Part shown: positions 31,161 through 40,405 of the stretch, piece after piece
Position numbering within the stretch: position 1 is the stretch's first letter
Layout of the letters: every line of letters starts with the position of its first letter
Source of the DNA: Bacteroidia bacterium
GTDB lineage: Bacteria; Bacteroidota; Bacteroidia; Bacteroidales; VadinHA17
Direction of reading: 5' to 3'
Length of the DNA: 64,000 bases
NCBI GenBank assembly: GCA_026391215.1
Contig: JAPLDX010000056.1
Location: 44,827-108,826, forward strand
The notes under the pieces: generated by a model
The model's input: the letters and a program-made list of their open reading frames with translations, nothing else
What the model was told of the DNA's origin: nothing
Database searches by the model: none
Position numbers and translations under genes: made by a program

Positions 31161-33542
31161 TTACTTTAACAGATAGAAATCTGAATTCAATTGATCCCAC
31201 TCTATCGGGATCTGTGCGTTATTACTCAGTTTCTTCACCTGTACCCGGGTATTAAGGAAAACGTTATGCAGGGACTGAGGAACAACCATTTGCTTGACCA
31301 GTTCCTCGGTAAACAAACCATTGTCCCCTTTACCATCGGCTGCAGTTGCTCCTTCGGAGGTGGCAAAAGCGATTATCGTACCGCTTGTATTAGTAACCTG
31401 CCTGAAACCGGCATCCCCGGTACCTCTGGCCCAGTTGGCGTAGGGATTATTCCTGCATGCGTCCAGGATAACAATGTTGGCGTTATCCGGGTAGCGCTCG
31501 AATTCATCCACTACAAAGTTGACTGAAATGGCTTCAAATTTACAGTCGGTTGGCTTTTCCAGAAAGGCATCGGTCGGGATCAGATAGTTCTTGCCATCTA
31601 CCTGGTTCCCATGTCCTGCATAGTAAAATAACGCAACATTGTAATTTGGCAATTTTTCAGTGAATTCCCTTATTGCAGCCTCCATTTCAGCTTTTGTTGC
31701 ATTGAGCCGTTTTATGACATCAAATCCCAGCTGTTTTAACGTGCCCTCCATTAAATTGGCATCGTTCACCGGATTCTTCAGCGGAGAGCCAAGTTTATAC
31801 TGGGAATTACCGAAAACAAGGGCCAGCCGTTTCTCTGTCATGGCTGCTTCGTATTTTATCACCCGCTGCTCTGATCTCTTGGTGCCTGCAATATTTGTGG
31901 CGCTGATATAAATACTGTTATCTCCTTTTTTCAGCAGAGCCGAAGACTGCCAGGTATAAACAGAATTATCCGAACCTGATGGTTGAAAGATATTGTCTTC
32001 AGTTTGTGTCTCTCCATTAACAATAAGTTTTATAGATTTCAGATCGGTAGGAGACTTAATTGATGCTTCAATGGTAAGATTTTCAGTATTGACCTTAATG
32101 TTAGACGACTCCGGGTTTGACCAGGTAATAACCGGTGCAACAGCGAAAGGATTTGAAAAATACCGCGGATCTGATTTGGTGGCTCCTTCCGCATTGGTTG
32201 CCACAAAATAAACGTTATTTTCTCCAGGTCCAAAATTTAGATTTTTCTCTATCTGGAACGTTCCTGTTTCACCAGGTTTCTGAGTTATTTCAGCCTCCCC
32301 TTTTGAAATACCATTCAGGTACAGCAGAACCGATTTCAGCCCTGAGCCTGATTTTACAGTTGCTTTGACAGTTGCATTAAATGATTCAAGAGTTGTATTG
32401 AGACCGGATGGACTTGTCCATGTTATAACAGGTGCTACGGATGAGGCAGGCACAGCATTACCCCGGTCTCCATCCGTTTGAGGAGCAGCCTGGTTTGCTG
32501 CGACAGTTGTAGTCGGAACTGGAGCAGGAACCGTAAAATACCGTTTTTCGGATGTTGAGGAACCTCCCTGATTGGCTGCTTCCAGATGAATATTGTTCTC
32601 ACCCAGGTCAAAATTCATTGTTTTCTCAAGTATATAAACTCCTGCCTCGGAGACTGATTGTGTTACATCAGGTACATCATATAAAACTCCGTTGAGATAT
32701 AATTTCACCGACTCCAATCCGCCTGCTGAATTGATCTTCGCTTTTATAACAGTTGAATTTGTTGATTTAAGAGTGGTAGCTGCCTTCGCCGGACTGAACC
32801 ATGTGATGACAGGTGGCTGAGGTTTTACTGTCTCAGGTGCGGGATTATTCTGAGGAGCCTGAACATTCTGAGCCAGTATTGGGGCTTCTGTCTTTTTTAA
32901 TTCAGTAATTTTCAAATAATCCACTGAAATCTCTGATTCGGTTCCTACATTGAAGCCGATCTGGTTCCCTTCGGGTTTAATGGAAACGAACTGTCCAACA
33001 AGCGATTCATTCGCAAAAATAAAATATACTCCATTCACACATCTGACAGTCAGCTTATTGTAATCCCTGGTAATCAGGAAATTTCCAATTCCTGTGAATA
33101 CTTTTTCAACTTTCTTCTTTTTGGAAGGCGAATCTTTCAGGATTTCCAATGCATTATTGTCAGAAAGTTCAACACGGTAATGATCATATTTATCAGTCAT
33201 GCCAAAGATCAGTGCTCCTGTTCCCTTTACTATTTTAATTACAGTCTCAATTTCAAAGTCAGAACCGTCTGGCATGTAAACTGCTTTAAGAGGTGAAATA
33301 CCTGTTGAATACAGATAATTCTTGCACGTGATATTATAGTAGCCTGATTCTATCTTACCGCTTACCCACAGGTTATCAGTTATCCATTCATGTGAGTTGT
33401 TGTCAAAACCATCTGAAAAAAGTTCGGTTTTGGAACTGGCATCATATGCAAGATAGCTCTGCTGTGCCAACAAAGAATTAATCTGAAAAAACATAAGGCA
33501 GATCAGCAGGGAAAGACTTTTTAAAGCTATTAACTTTTTCAT
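31161..33542 (-). CDS. Secreted caspase-fold (peptidase C14) protein: N-terminal ~200-aa domain plus 3 Ig-like repeats plus C14 domain
   Basis: Signal peptide. Three repeats start VITW(F/T/S)(S/N)P. The C-terminal domain has KRLALVFGNSQY, the His motif YYAGHGNQ and the Cys motif ILDACRNNP. Confidence 0.85.
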   Translation of the reverse strand: MKKLIALKSLSLLICLMFFQINSLLAQQSYLAYDASSKTELFSDGFDNNSHEWITDNLWVSGKIESGYYNITCKNYLYSTGISPLKAVYMPDGSDFEIETVIKIVKGTGALIFGMTDKYDHYRVELSDNNALEILKDSPSKKKKVEKVFTGIGNFLITRDYNKLTVRCVNGVYFIFANESLVGQFVSIKPEGNQIGFNVGTESEISVDYLKITELKKTEAPILAQNVQAPQNNPAPETVKPQPPVITWFSPAKAATTLKSTNSTVIKAKINSAGGLESVKLYLNGVLYDVPDVTQSVSEAGVYILEKTMNFDLGENNIHLEAANQGGSSTSEKRYFTVPAPVPTTTVAANQAAPQTDGDRGNAVPASSVAPVITWTSPSGLNTTLESFNATVKATVKSGSGLKSVLLYLNGISKGEAEITQKPGETGTFQIEKNLNFGPGENNVYFVATNAEGATKSDPRYFSNPFAVAPVITWSNPESSNIKVNTENLTIEASIKSPTDLKSIKLIVNGETQTEDNIFQPSGSDNSVYTWQSSALLKKGDNSIYISATNIAGTKRSEQRVIKYEAAMTEKRLALVFGNSQYKLGSPLKNPVNDANLMEGTLKQLGFDVIKRLNATKAEMEAAIREFTEKLPNYNVALFYYAGHGNQVDGKNYLIPTDAFLEKPTDCKFEAISVNFVVDEFERYPDNANIVILDACRNNPYANWARGTGDAGFRQVTNTSGTIIAFATSEGATAADGKGDNGLFTEELVKQMVVPQSLHNVFLNTRVQVKKLSNNAQIPIEWDQLNSDFYLLK

Positions 33543-33757
33543 ATGTCAACGTATTTTAAAATCCCACTAACTAAATGAATGTTCTTTTACAGATTTAAAC
33601 TATTACTATTACACATTACTAAAACTATGAAAGATAAGTATTTTTCCGGCATTTTTAATATAAATTGTCCAGATTTTGACCAACAAAGGATTTCTGGATA
33701 TGACCTATAAGGGAGCTGACGATAAAGTCCTTTCATACAGATTGTTTTAAAGATAAA

Positions 33758-36538
33758 CTACTTCTTGAAATAGAAATGACCTACCAGCCTGTTGTCTTCA
33801 GTCGGGACCTGGGTGTTATTGCTCAGCTTCTTTACCTGCATCCGGGTATTCATGAAAACATCATTTATCGATTGCGTTATCATCAGCTGCTTGACAAGCT
33901 CCTGGGTATACAATCCGTTTGCCCCTTTTCCGTCAGCTGCCGTAGCTCCGATTGATGTTGCATACGCAACAACTGTTCCGCTTGTAAAATTCATCGCTCT
34001 GAATCCCATTTCTCCTCCTCTTGTCCAGCTGGCATACGGGTTGTCCCTGCATGCATCAAGTATGACAATATTCGTGTTGTCAGGATAGCTTTCAAACTCT
34101 TCAACGATAAAATTCACGTCTATCGCTTCATACTTGCAGTCGCTTGGTTTTTCAAGCTTTGCATCAACAGGGATAAGGTAGTTCTTGCCTTCAACCTGGT
34201 TTCCGTGACCGGCATAATAAAAGAGAGCAACATTGTAATCGGGCAGCTTTTCATTGAATTCCCTGATCGCATCCGTCATCTGGTTCTTCGTTGCATCAAG
34301 TCTTTTGATCACTTCAAATCCGAGTTCCTTTAGTGTACCCTCCATCAGGTTAGCATCATTTGCCGGATTAGGCAAAGAAGACTTTCCGCTATAGTTAGAA
34401 TTTCCAAATACAAGCGCCAGACGTTTTTCAGGTACCTCAGGTGAGAGCTTTATCGTACGCTTTTCTGATGTAGTGCTTCCGGCAGTATTTGTGGCAACCA
34501 GGAAGATGCTGTTGTCGCCCTCTTTGAGAATGACAGTTCCCTGCCATATGAAATTACAGTCATTACCGGTCGAGGATGCTTGAAAGGCTTTTCCTTCACT
34601 TAAAATACTCCCGTTTACCAGAAGCTTTACTGAACTAAGTTCAGAAGGAGAATTAATGCATGCGCTTATGTCAAAGCTCTCAGTATTTACCTGTGTATTC
34701 GTTGAAGCCGGATTTGACCATGCTATTACAGGAACCACAGCAGACGGATTTGTGAAATAACGTATTTCAGATTTTGTTGCACCCTGGCTGTTGGCGGCCA
34801 CCAGGTATATCTGATTCTCACCCGGACCAAAGTTCATATTCTTCTGAACCACAAAAGTTGAAGGATCATCAGGAGAAGGTTTGATGTCCGCTTCTCCCTT
34901 TGATACACCATTGAGGTATAAAAGCACGGAGGTCAGACCTTCACTGGATTTAATGCTTGCCTTTACATTGGCATTGTATGCATCGAGAGTGGTATGAGAA
35001 CCTGATGGGCTGGTCCAGGTAATTAATGGTGCAGCAGGCTGTGATACAGCTGGTTGAGGAACTGCCTTTTCCTGAACAACCGGTGGTACGTTTACCGGAG
35101 CTGCAGTCGTTGTTTTTGGTGCTGTCTGGACTGCAGACTGGCTTAGCACGAGGCTTGAAGGCGGACAAATAAAACTCCTTATTTCCGATCTGGCTGTGCC
35201 TCCCGAATTCTTAGCCTCTATGTAAATATTATTCTCAACCTGCCTGAAATTAACTGTTTTTTCAATTGCGTAGCTGCCAGGTTCATTTTGAACAGGTTTT
35301 ATTTCAGATGCTTCCAGTGCAACGCCATTGAGATACAGCACTACTGAAGCAAGATCAGAAGACGATTTAATTGTCGCCTTGATATTTGCTGAAGGTGTCC
35401 TGAGAGTCGTACTCTTAACTGTCGGAACAGCCCATGAAATTGAAGCTAAAGGGAATAAACTCGTTATCGTGGCATTATATTCTTCCAGTGAAGCTTCTAC
35501 AGTAAAATATCTTTTTTCTGAAGTTGTTGATCCAAGATTGTTAGTGGCAACCAGATAAATATTGTTCTCTCCCGGCTCAAAATTCATGGTCTTACTAACA
35601 TCGAAAGTTCCGACTTCTGTCTCTGAAGGATTCATTTCAGGTTCGCCGTACTGCACATCATTTAGAAATAATAATACAGAGTTTATTCCTGAGGCAGATT
35701 TAACTTTAGCACTTATATTGGTCTTTGTCGATTTAATCGTTGAATTCAGTGACGATGGAGCAGCCCAACTGATAACCGGTGCACCTGTCATTGAGAGGAC
35801 AGCTGCATTTACAGTTCTATCATAACTCTCAACAGTGAAATATCTCTTTTCCGACACTGTAGTGCCATCTTTATTCGTGGCTATCAGGTGTATGTTATTT
35901 TCCCCTGATTCAAAACTCACAGTTTTACTGATGTTAAATGTTAATGGCTCAGTATAGGAAGGCGACATTTCGGGTTCTCCGTATAGAATATCGTTCAGAT
36001 ACAGCACCACTGAACTGAGACCGGAACCGGACCTTATTTTTGCTTCGATATTTGCTTTAGGGGAGCTGAGAGTTGTCCTGATCTTCAGAGGATCGGTCCA
36101 CTGTATCAATATTCCGTCTGGCAGAAATACAGCTGTTGAATCGCCGGGTTTAAAAGTGATTGATACTGTGAAATATCGTTTTTCGGAAATTGTCGTTCCA
36201 TCGTTGTTCGCTGCCACAAAATAGACAGTGTTATCCCCTGGTTCAAAATTTACGGATTTGCTCAGGATAAAAGTTCCCGGTTCTGTTTCCGATGGTTGCA
36301 TTTCGGGCTCTCCGTAGGGAACATCATTGATGTATAATACAGCAGAGTTTATCCCTGAAGAGGTTTTAACAGATGCCCGTATATTGGTTTTTGCTGTTTT
36401 GAGAATGTTGTACTCTTTAGCCGGACTTATCCATGTTATTTTTGGTGGATCAGCTGCAAAAACATTTCCTGAAGAGATCAGAAAATAAGTCATAACTGAC
36501 AGCAGGAAAATATTCTTATTAAAAATGTTTCTATTCAT
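33758..36538 (-). CDS. Secreted caspase-fold (peptidase C14) protein: 6 Ig-like repeats plus C14 domain; tandem paralog of 31161-33542
   Basis: Signal peptide (GNVFAADPP). Six ~105-115-aa repeats begin ITWISP, IQWTDP, ISWAAP, ISWAVP, ITWTSP and IAWSNP. C14 motifs are YYAGHGNQ and ILDACRDNP. Confidence 0.85.
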   Translation of the reverse strand: MNRNIFNKNIFLLSVMTYFLISSGNVFAADPPKITWISPAKEYNILKTAKTNIRASVKTSSGINSAVLYINDVPYGEPEMQPSETEPGTFILSKSVNFEPGDNTVYFVAANNDGTTISEKRYFTVSITFKPGDSTAVFLPDGILIQWTDPLKIRTTLSSPKANIEAKIRSGSGLSSVVLYLNDILYGEPEMSPSYTEPLTFNISKTVSFESGENNIHLIATNKDGTTVSEKRYFTVESYDRTVNAAVLSMTGAPVISWAAPSSLNSTIKSTKTNISAKVKSASGINSVLLFLNDVQYGEPEMNPSETEVGTFDVSKTMNFEPGENNIYLVATNNLGSTTSEKRYFTVEASLEEYNATITSLFPLASISWAVPTVKSTTLRTPSANIKATIKSSSDLASVVLYLNGVALEASEIKPVQNEPGSYAIEKTVNFRQVENNIYIEAKNSGGTARSEIRSFICPPSSLVLSQSAVQTAPKTTTAAPVNVPPVVQEKAVPQPAVSQPAAPLITWTSPSGSHTTLDAYNANVKASIKSSEGLTSVLLYLNGVSKGEADIKPSPDDPSTFVVQKNMNFGPGENQIYLVAANSQGATKSEIRYFTNPSAVVPVIAWSNPASTNTQVNTESFDISACINSPSELSSVKLLVNGSILSEGKAFQASSTGNDCNFIWQGTVILKEGDNSIFLVATNTAGSTTSEKRTIKLSPEVPEKRLALVFGNSNYSGKSSLPNPANDANLMEGTLKELGFEVIKRLDATKNQMTDAIREFNEKLPDYNVALFYYAGHGNQVEGKNYLIPVDAKLEKPSDCKYEAIDVNFIVEEFESYPDNTNIVILDACRDNPYASWTRGGEMGFRAMNFTSGTVVAYATSIGATAADGKGANGLYTQELVKQLMITQSINDVFMNTRMQVKKLSNNTQVPTEDNRLVGHFYFKK

Positions 36539-36660
36539 TTTTGATTTAATAACATCATAATCAGTAAAGTTATGTAAAAATTCCCGGTTTTTTTATATCA
36601 TTTTCCAAATTTTGACAAACAGGCATTTTAAGGATATAATGAATTACTATCAGGAGACAA

Positions 36661-37200
<540 letters not shown>

Positions 37201-37268
37201 AATATTCCTATTATGCTGAGAGCGACAAAAATAGATAATCGCGTATTAAGTGCAAAATAAATATCAAC

Positions 37269-39551
37269 TTATTTCAGCCCTTTGAACGTATCAATGACCT
37301 GTCTGAAATTCTCCAGTGTCTCCTCATCAAAATCAGTTAACTTGATCACTCCCGATTTGACTTCCGCCAGGAATTTTGAGAACATGAAATTACGCGGCAT
37401 ATCCTTTTCAGATACGTACTCAGAGTTGGCAATTGTTATCCCTTGCCTGTTCTTTAAAATAAAATTCTTGAAATCAAGAGTCGATAAAAGATCCTCCGCA
37501 TTATAAAATGTTCCAGGTATGCTTATTATCATGTTGCGTCCGCTGTTGTCAGTTTTAAATACTGTCTCCTTTAAAACTTCTCTCATTTTATTCTCCTGCT
37601 CATTTTCAAAAAGAAGGACAGCAAAATCGAGTCCCCATCCCATGAGGATATTGCATAACAGCGGTATGGAAGAGACATTTGTGGAAGGAATTACACTGAT
37701 CTTCCCCCTGAATCCGGTAAGAATGATAATTGCGTTCAGTATATAAAATGATCCGGTATCGTTAACGATCAGATTGAATTTCTTTGATGAGAATCCTTCA
37801 CTGGCTGCCGGATTGCCGAGTATGCTCTGCAATGGAGAAAGAGTATCAGGGGAGGCTGCGGAAAGCTGAAAAGGATCAAGTATACGGGTAGCGCTCCTGA
37901 GACTGTCAAGGTCATCCCTCTGTGCAGCCAGCACCCGGTGAAGCTTATTGATCTCTACAAGATGAGGAGAATGAGTAGTATAGATAACCTGGATCGTGTC
38001 CTTTATATCCTCGAATACCTTTAGTACATCCTCCTGTGCCCTGGCATGGAGACTCACGCCCGGTTCATCCACAAGCAGCACCATCTGCTTGTTTATATTT
38101 GCCGCTGCCTTAAGCTCCATATAGAACGATAAAAACCATCGTACTCCACGGCTCCTCTGCTTTGGATAGAGCCTCTCCCCTTCATCCTTGATCCAGAATT
38201 CGAGATATGGTTTGCCCGCTTTGTCCCCGTAAGCAGCGCTGTAATGATCCAGCTCAAACTGAATGTGTATCTTGTTATTGCGTCCTATTGATTGCTGCCA
38301 GAAGTCCTGGAAATTGCGGGTAAGCGTATTATTCAAATTCTCAATTTTCTGTTTCAGGATACGGCTGGAAGGCTGCTGGAAAAAGGAATAGTCAAGCTGT
38401 GCTATGGAGAGAAAATTACGGGCAGCTTTATAACCTTCAACCTGGTCATTGCCTGTGATTATATCCTCCATATCGATCCTGTTGGGCAAAAGGCTTCCGA
38501 AATCTTCAAACAATTCGAAAACCGGACAATACTCAAAATATTTTCTGCCAAGTATCTCGCTGTTATACTGCGATTTATAAGACTGTATTATTTCATTGAC
38601 CTTTTTTTCCGCTTCTTCCTCTGTGCTCCCTGCCATAATATAACCTGACAAAGCTATGTGTCTGTCGAGCTCAGCTTTTTTAAGATCCCTTTCACTCCTT
38701 GTTTTCCTGTAATCATTAAGGGTGCTTCTCCATTCCTGGTCGTCCTCATCATCAACAGGTCTCATTAGCAGTGTCATCTTCTGATGCCTCTCCTCAAGCT
38801 TGACTGATAATTCTGCCAGATGGTTATCAAGCATTATGAATTTGTCAAATAATTTATGCCAGGTTTCGCCGGCTTTTTTCATGGATTGTTTTCCAAGGAG
38901 ATCAGCAGATATTTGCTCCTTCTTTCTTCTTATCTCTGCCAGTTGATTCTTTAAATCCGCAGTCAGACCGTCCGTCACAGAATCTGATTCAGCTGTTTTC
39001 TTCCCAAACCACAAGAAGCCTTTCGACTTGCTTTCATGAGGCTGTATCTTTGATTTTATTTCTGATTCCTGAGCTGCAAGTCCGGTAAGTTTCTTTTCGT
39101 TTTCGCTGATAATGCTTAACTCCTGTTCAAGCTTGACAGTGACATCTCCAAGATAGATCCTCCATGCATCCTCAAGGGAATCAAGATACTGGCTTATCTC
39201 CCCGCTGACAATGATGACCGAGGACAGATCGGCGATCCATACCCTGGTAAGCTCAATATGGGTAAGCCCCGAGAGAAGCTCCTTAAGCTCTGTCCCTGGA
39301 TTATCAGTAACCTTCAGAAGCCACCCCTCAGGAATGCTGAACCGGCAGCTGACTTCCGGGAGCGAGAGGTCGCTGCGCAGAATATCCTCAGAAATTATCC
39401 CGGTATAAAACACTTTCATTGCTTCAAGAACGGATGTTTTTCCCGATTCATTCTGCCCAATAAGACAGGTAATATTATCGGGTGACAGCGATTGCCATCC
39501 AGTATCGACTATTGAACGGAAATTCCTGATCCTGAAAGCTGTAAGCTTCAT
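37269..39551 (-). CDS. ABC/SMC-like (OLD/AAA_15-type) ATPase with coiled-coil insert and a C-terminal Toprim-like region
   Basis: 760 aa. Walker A GQNESGKTS (aa 32-40), signature-like QRSRGVRWFLSFY, Walker B LLVDEPGVSLH, H-loop YTTHSP. The region from about aa 130 to 330 is charged and helical. The C-terminal segment is NLIVNDTGSFYIL...ISVIPSTNVSSIPLLCNILMGWGLDFAVLLFENEQ. Confidence 0.8.
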   Translation of the reverse strand: MKLTAFRIRNFRSIVDTGWQSLSPDNITCLIGQNESGKTSVLEAMKVFYTGIISEDILRSDLSLPEVSCRFSIPEGWLLKVTDNPGTELKELLSGLTHIELTRVWIADLSSVIIVSGEISQYLDSLEDAWRIYLGDVTVKLEQELSIISENEKKLTGLAAQESEIKSKIQPHESKSKGFLWFGKKTAESDSVTDGLTADLKNQLAEIRRKKEQISADLLGKQSMKKAGETWHKLFDKFIMLDNHLAELSVKLEERHQKMTLLMRPVDDEDDQEWRSTLNDYRKTRSERDLKKAELDRHIALSGYIMAGSTEEEAEKKVNEIIQSYKSQYNSEILGRKYFEYCPVFELFEDFGSLLPNRIDMEDIITGNDQVEGYKAARNFLSIAQLDYSFFQQPSSRILKQKIENLNNTLTRNFQDFWQQSIGRNNKIHIQFELDHYSAAYGDKAGKPYLEFWIKDEGERLYPKQRSRGVRWFLSFYMELKAAANINKQMVLLVDEPGVSLHARAQEDVLKVFEDIKDTIQVIYTTHSPHLVEINKLHRVLAAQRDDLDSLRSATRILDPFQLSAASPDTLSPLQSILGNPAASEGFSSKKFNLIVNDTGSFYILNAIIILTGFRGKISVIPSTNVSSIPLLCNILMGWGLDFAVLLFENEQENKMREVLKETVFKTDNSGRNMIISIPGTFYNAEDLLSTLDFKNFILKNRQGITIANSEYVSEKDMPRNFMFSKFLAEVKSGVIKLTDFDEETLENFRQVIDTFKGLK

Positions 39552-39565
39552 AGTTACTAAAACAG

Positions 39566-40393
39566 TTATATTTGAAAGCCAAAAATCAGAACGTCATCAA
39601 TCTGCTGGGTGTTTCCCTTCCAATCATTAAATGTGCTCCTTAGGATATCTCTCTGCTGCGCCATAGAATGTCCTGCCATTGATATTATCACCCTTTTTAA
39701 ATGCTTGTGTTTGAATTTCTTATCGGTAATTTCGCCGAACTGGTCCGCAAATCCGTCAGAGAAGAGGTAAAATGAATCTCCATGTTCAGTGTCTATAATC
39801 ACATTTGTAAAGGGTTGTTCTGCCAGCGGTGCCAGGCCGATTGTCATTTTGTCGGCTTTAAATTCATCCAGTTCGCCGTTCCTCATTCTTATAAGTGGCC
39901 TGTTTGCGCCAGAATACTGGAATTTACCGGTCCTGTAGTCAATAATGCATAATCCGATATCAATGCTGTCCTTAGTTACTGCCCTCTCTCCTGTCTGATG
40001 CAGGGCTTTCATCACCTTTTCCCTCATCAGGTTCAGAATCCTGTTCGCTTTGGGATCGCTCTTTGACTGGACTATCTCGTTAAGGAAGCTGATCCCAAGG
40101 ATGCTGAGAAGGGCACCAGGCACCCCATGACCTGTGCAATCCCCGGCAGCGACAAACAAATGCTGACGATTACTGAATGTATAATAGAAATCTCCACTGA
40201 CAATATCACGCGGCAGAAAAAGAACAAAATAATCTTTAAAGAGCCCCTTAAGTGATTCGGGATCAGGCATTAAAGCTTTTTGAATAATTCCTGCATACCG
40301 GAGGCTTGCCATATGATCATCCATCCCCTGGTTTTGAATCAGGGAAATAATATCTGAATTATGCTGAGCCTTGACAGTCATCACATTACCCAA
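39566..40393 (-). CDS. Stand-alone PP2C/SpoIIE-family Ser/Thr phosphatase
   Basis: 275 aa. SGDFYY, GDCTGHGVPGALLS, LFSDGFADQFG and a C-terminal IDDVLIFGF, the typical SpoIIE/PP2C metal-binding motifs. Confidence 0.8.
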   Translation of the reverse strand: MGNVMTVKAQHNSDIISLIQNQGMDDHMASLRYAGIIQKALMPDPESLKGLFKDYFVLFLPRDIVSGDFYYTFSNRQHLFVAAGDCTGHGVPGALLSILGISFLNEIVQSKSDPKANRILNLMREKVMKALHQTGERAVTKDSIDIGLCIIDYRTGKFQYSGANRPLIRMRNGELDEFKADKMTIGLAPLAEQPFTNVIIDTEHGDSFYLFSDGFADQFGEITDKKFKHKHLKRVIISMAGHSMAQQRDILRSTFNDWKGNTQQIDDVLIFGFQI

Positions 40394-40405
40394 TAAGGCA
40401 AGAAT

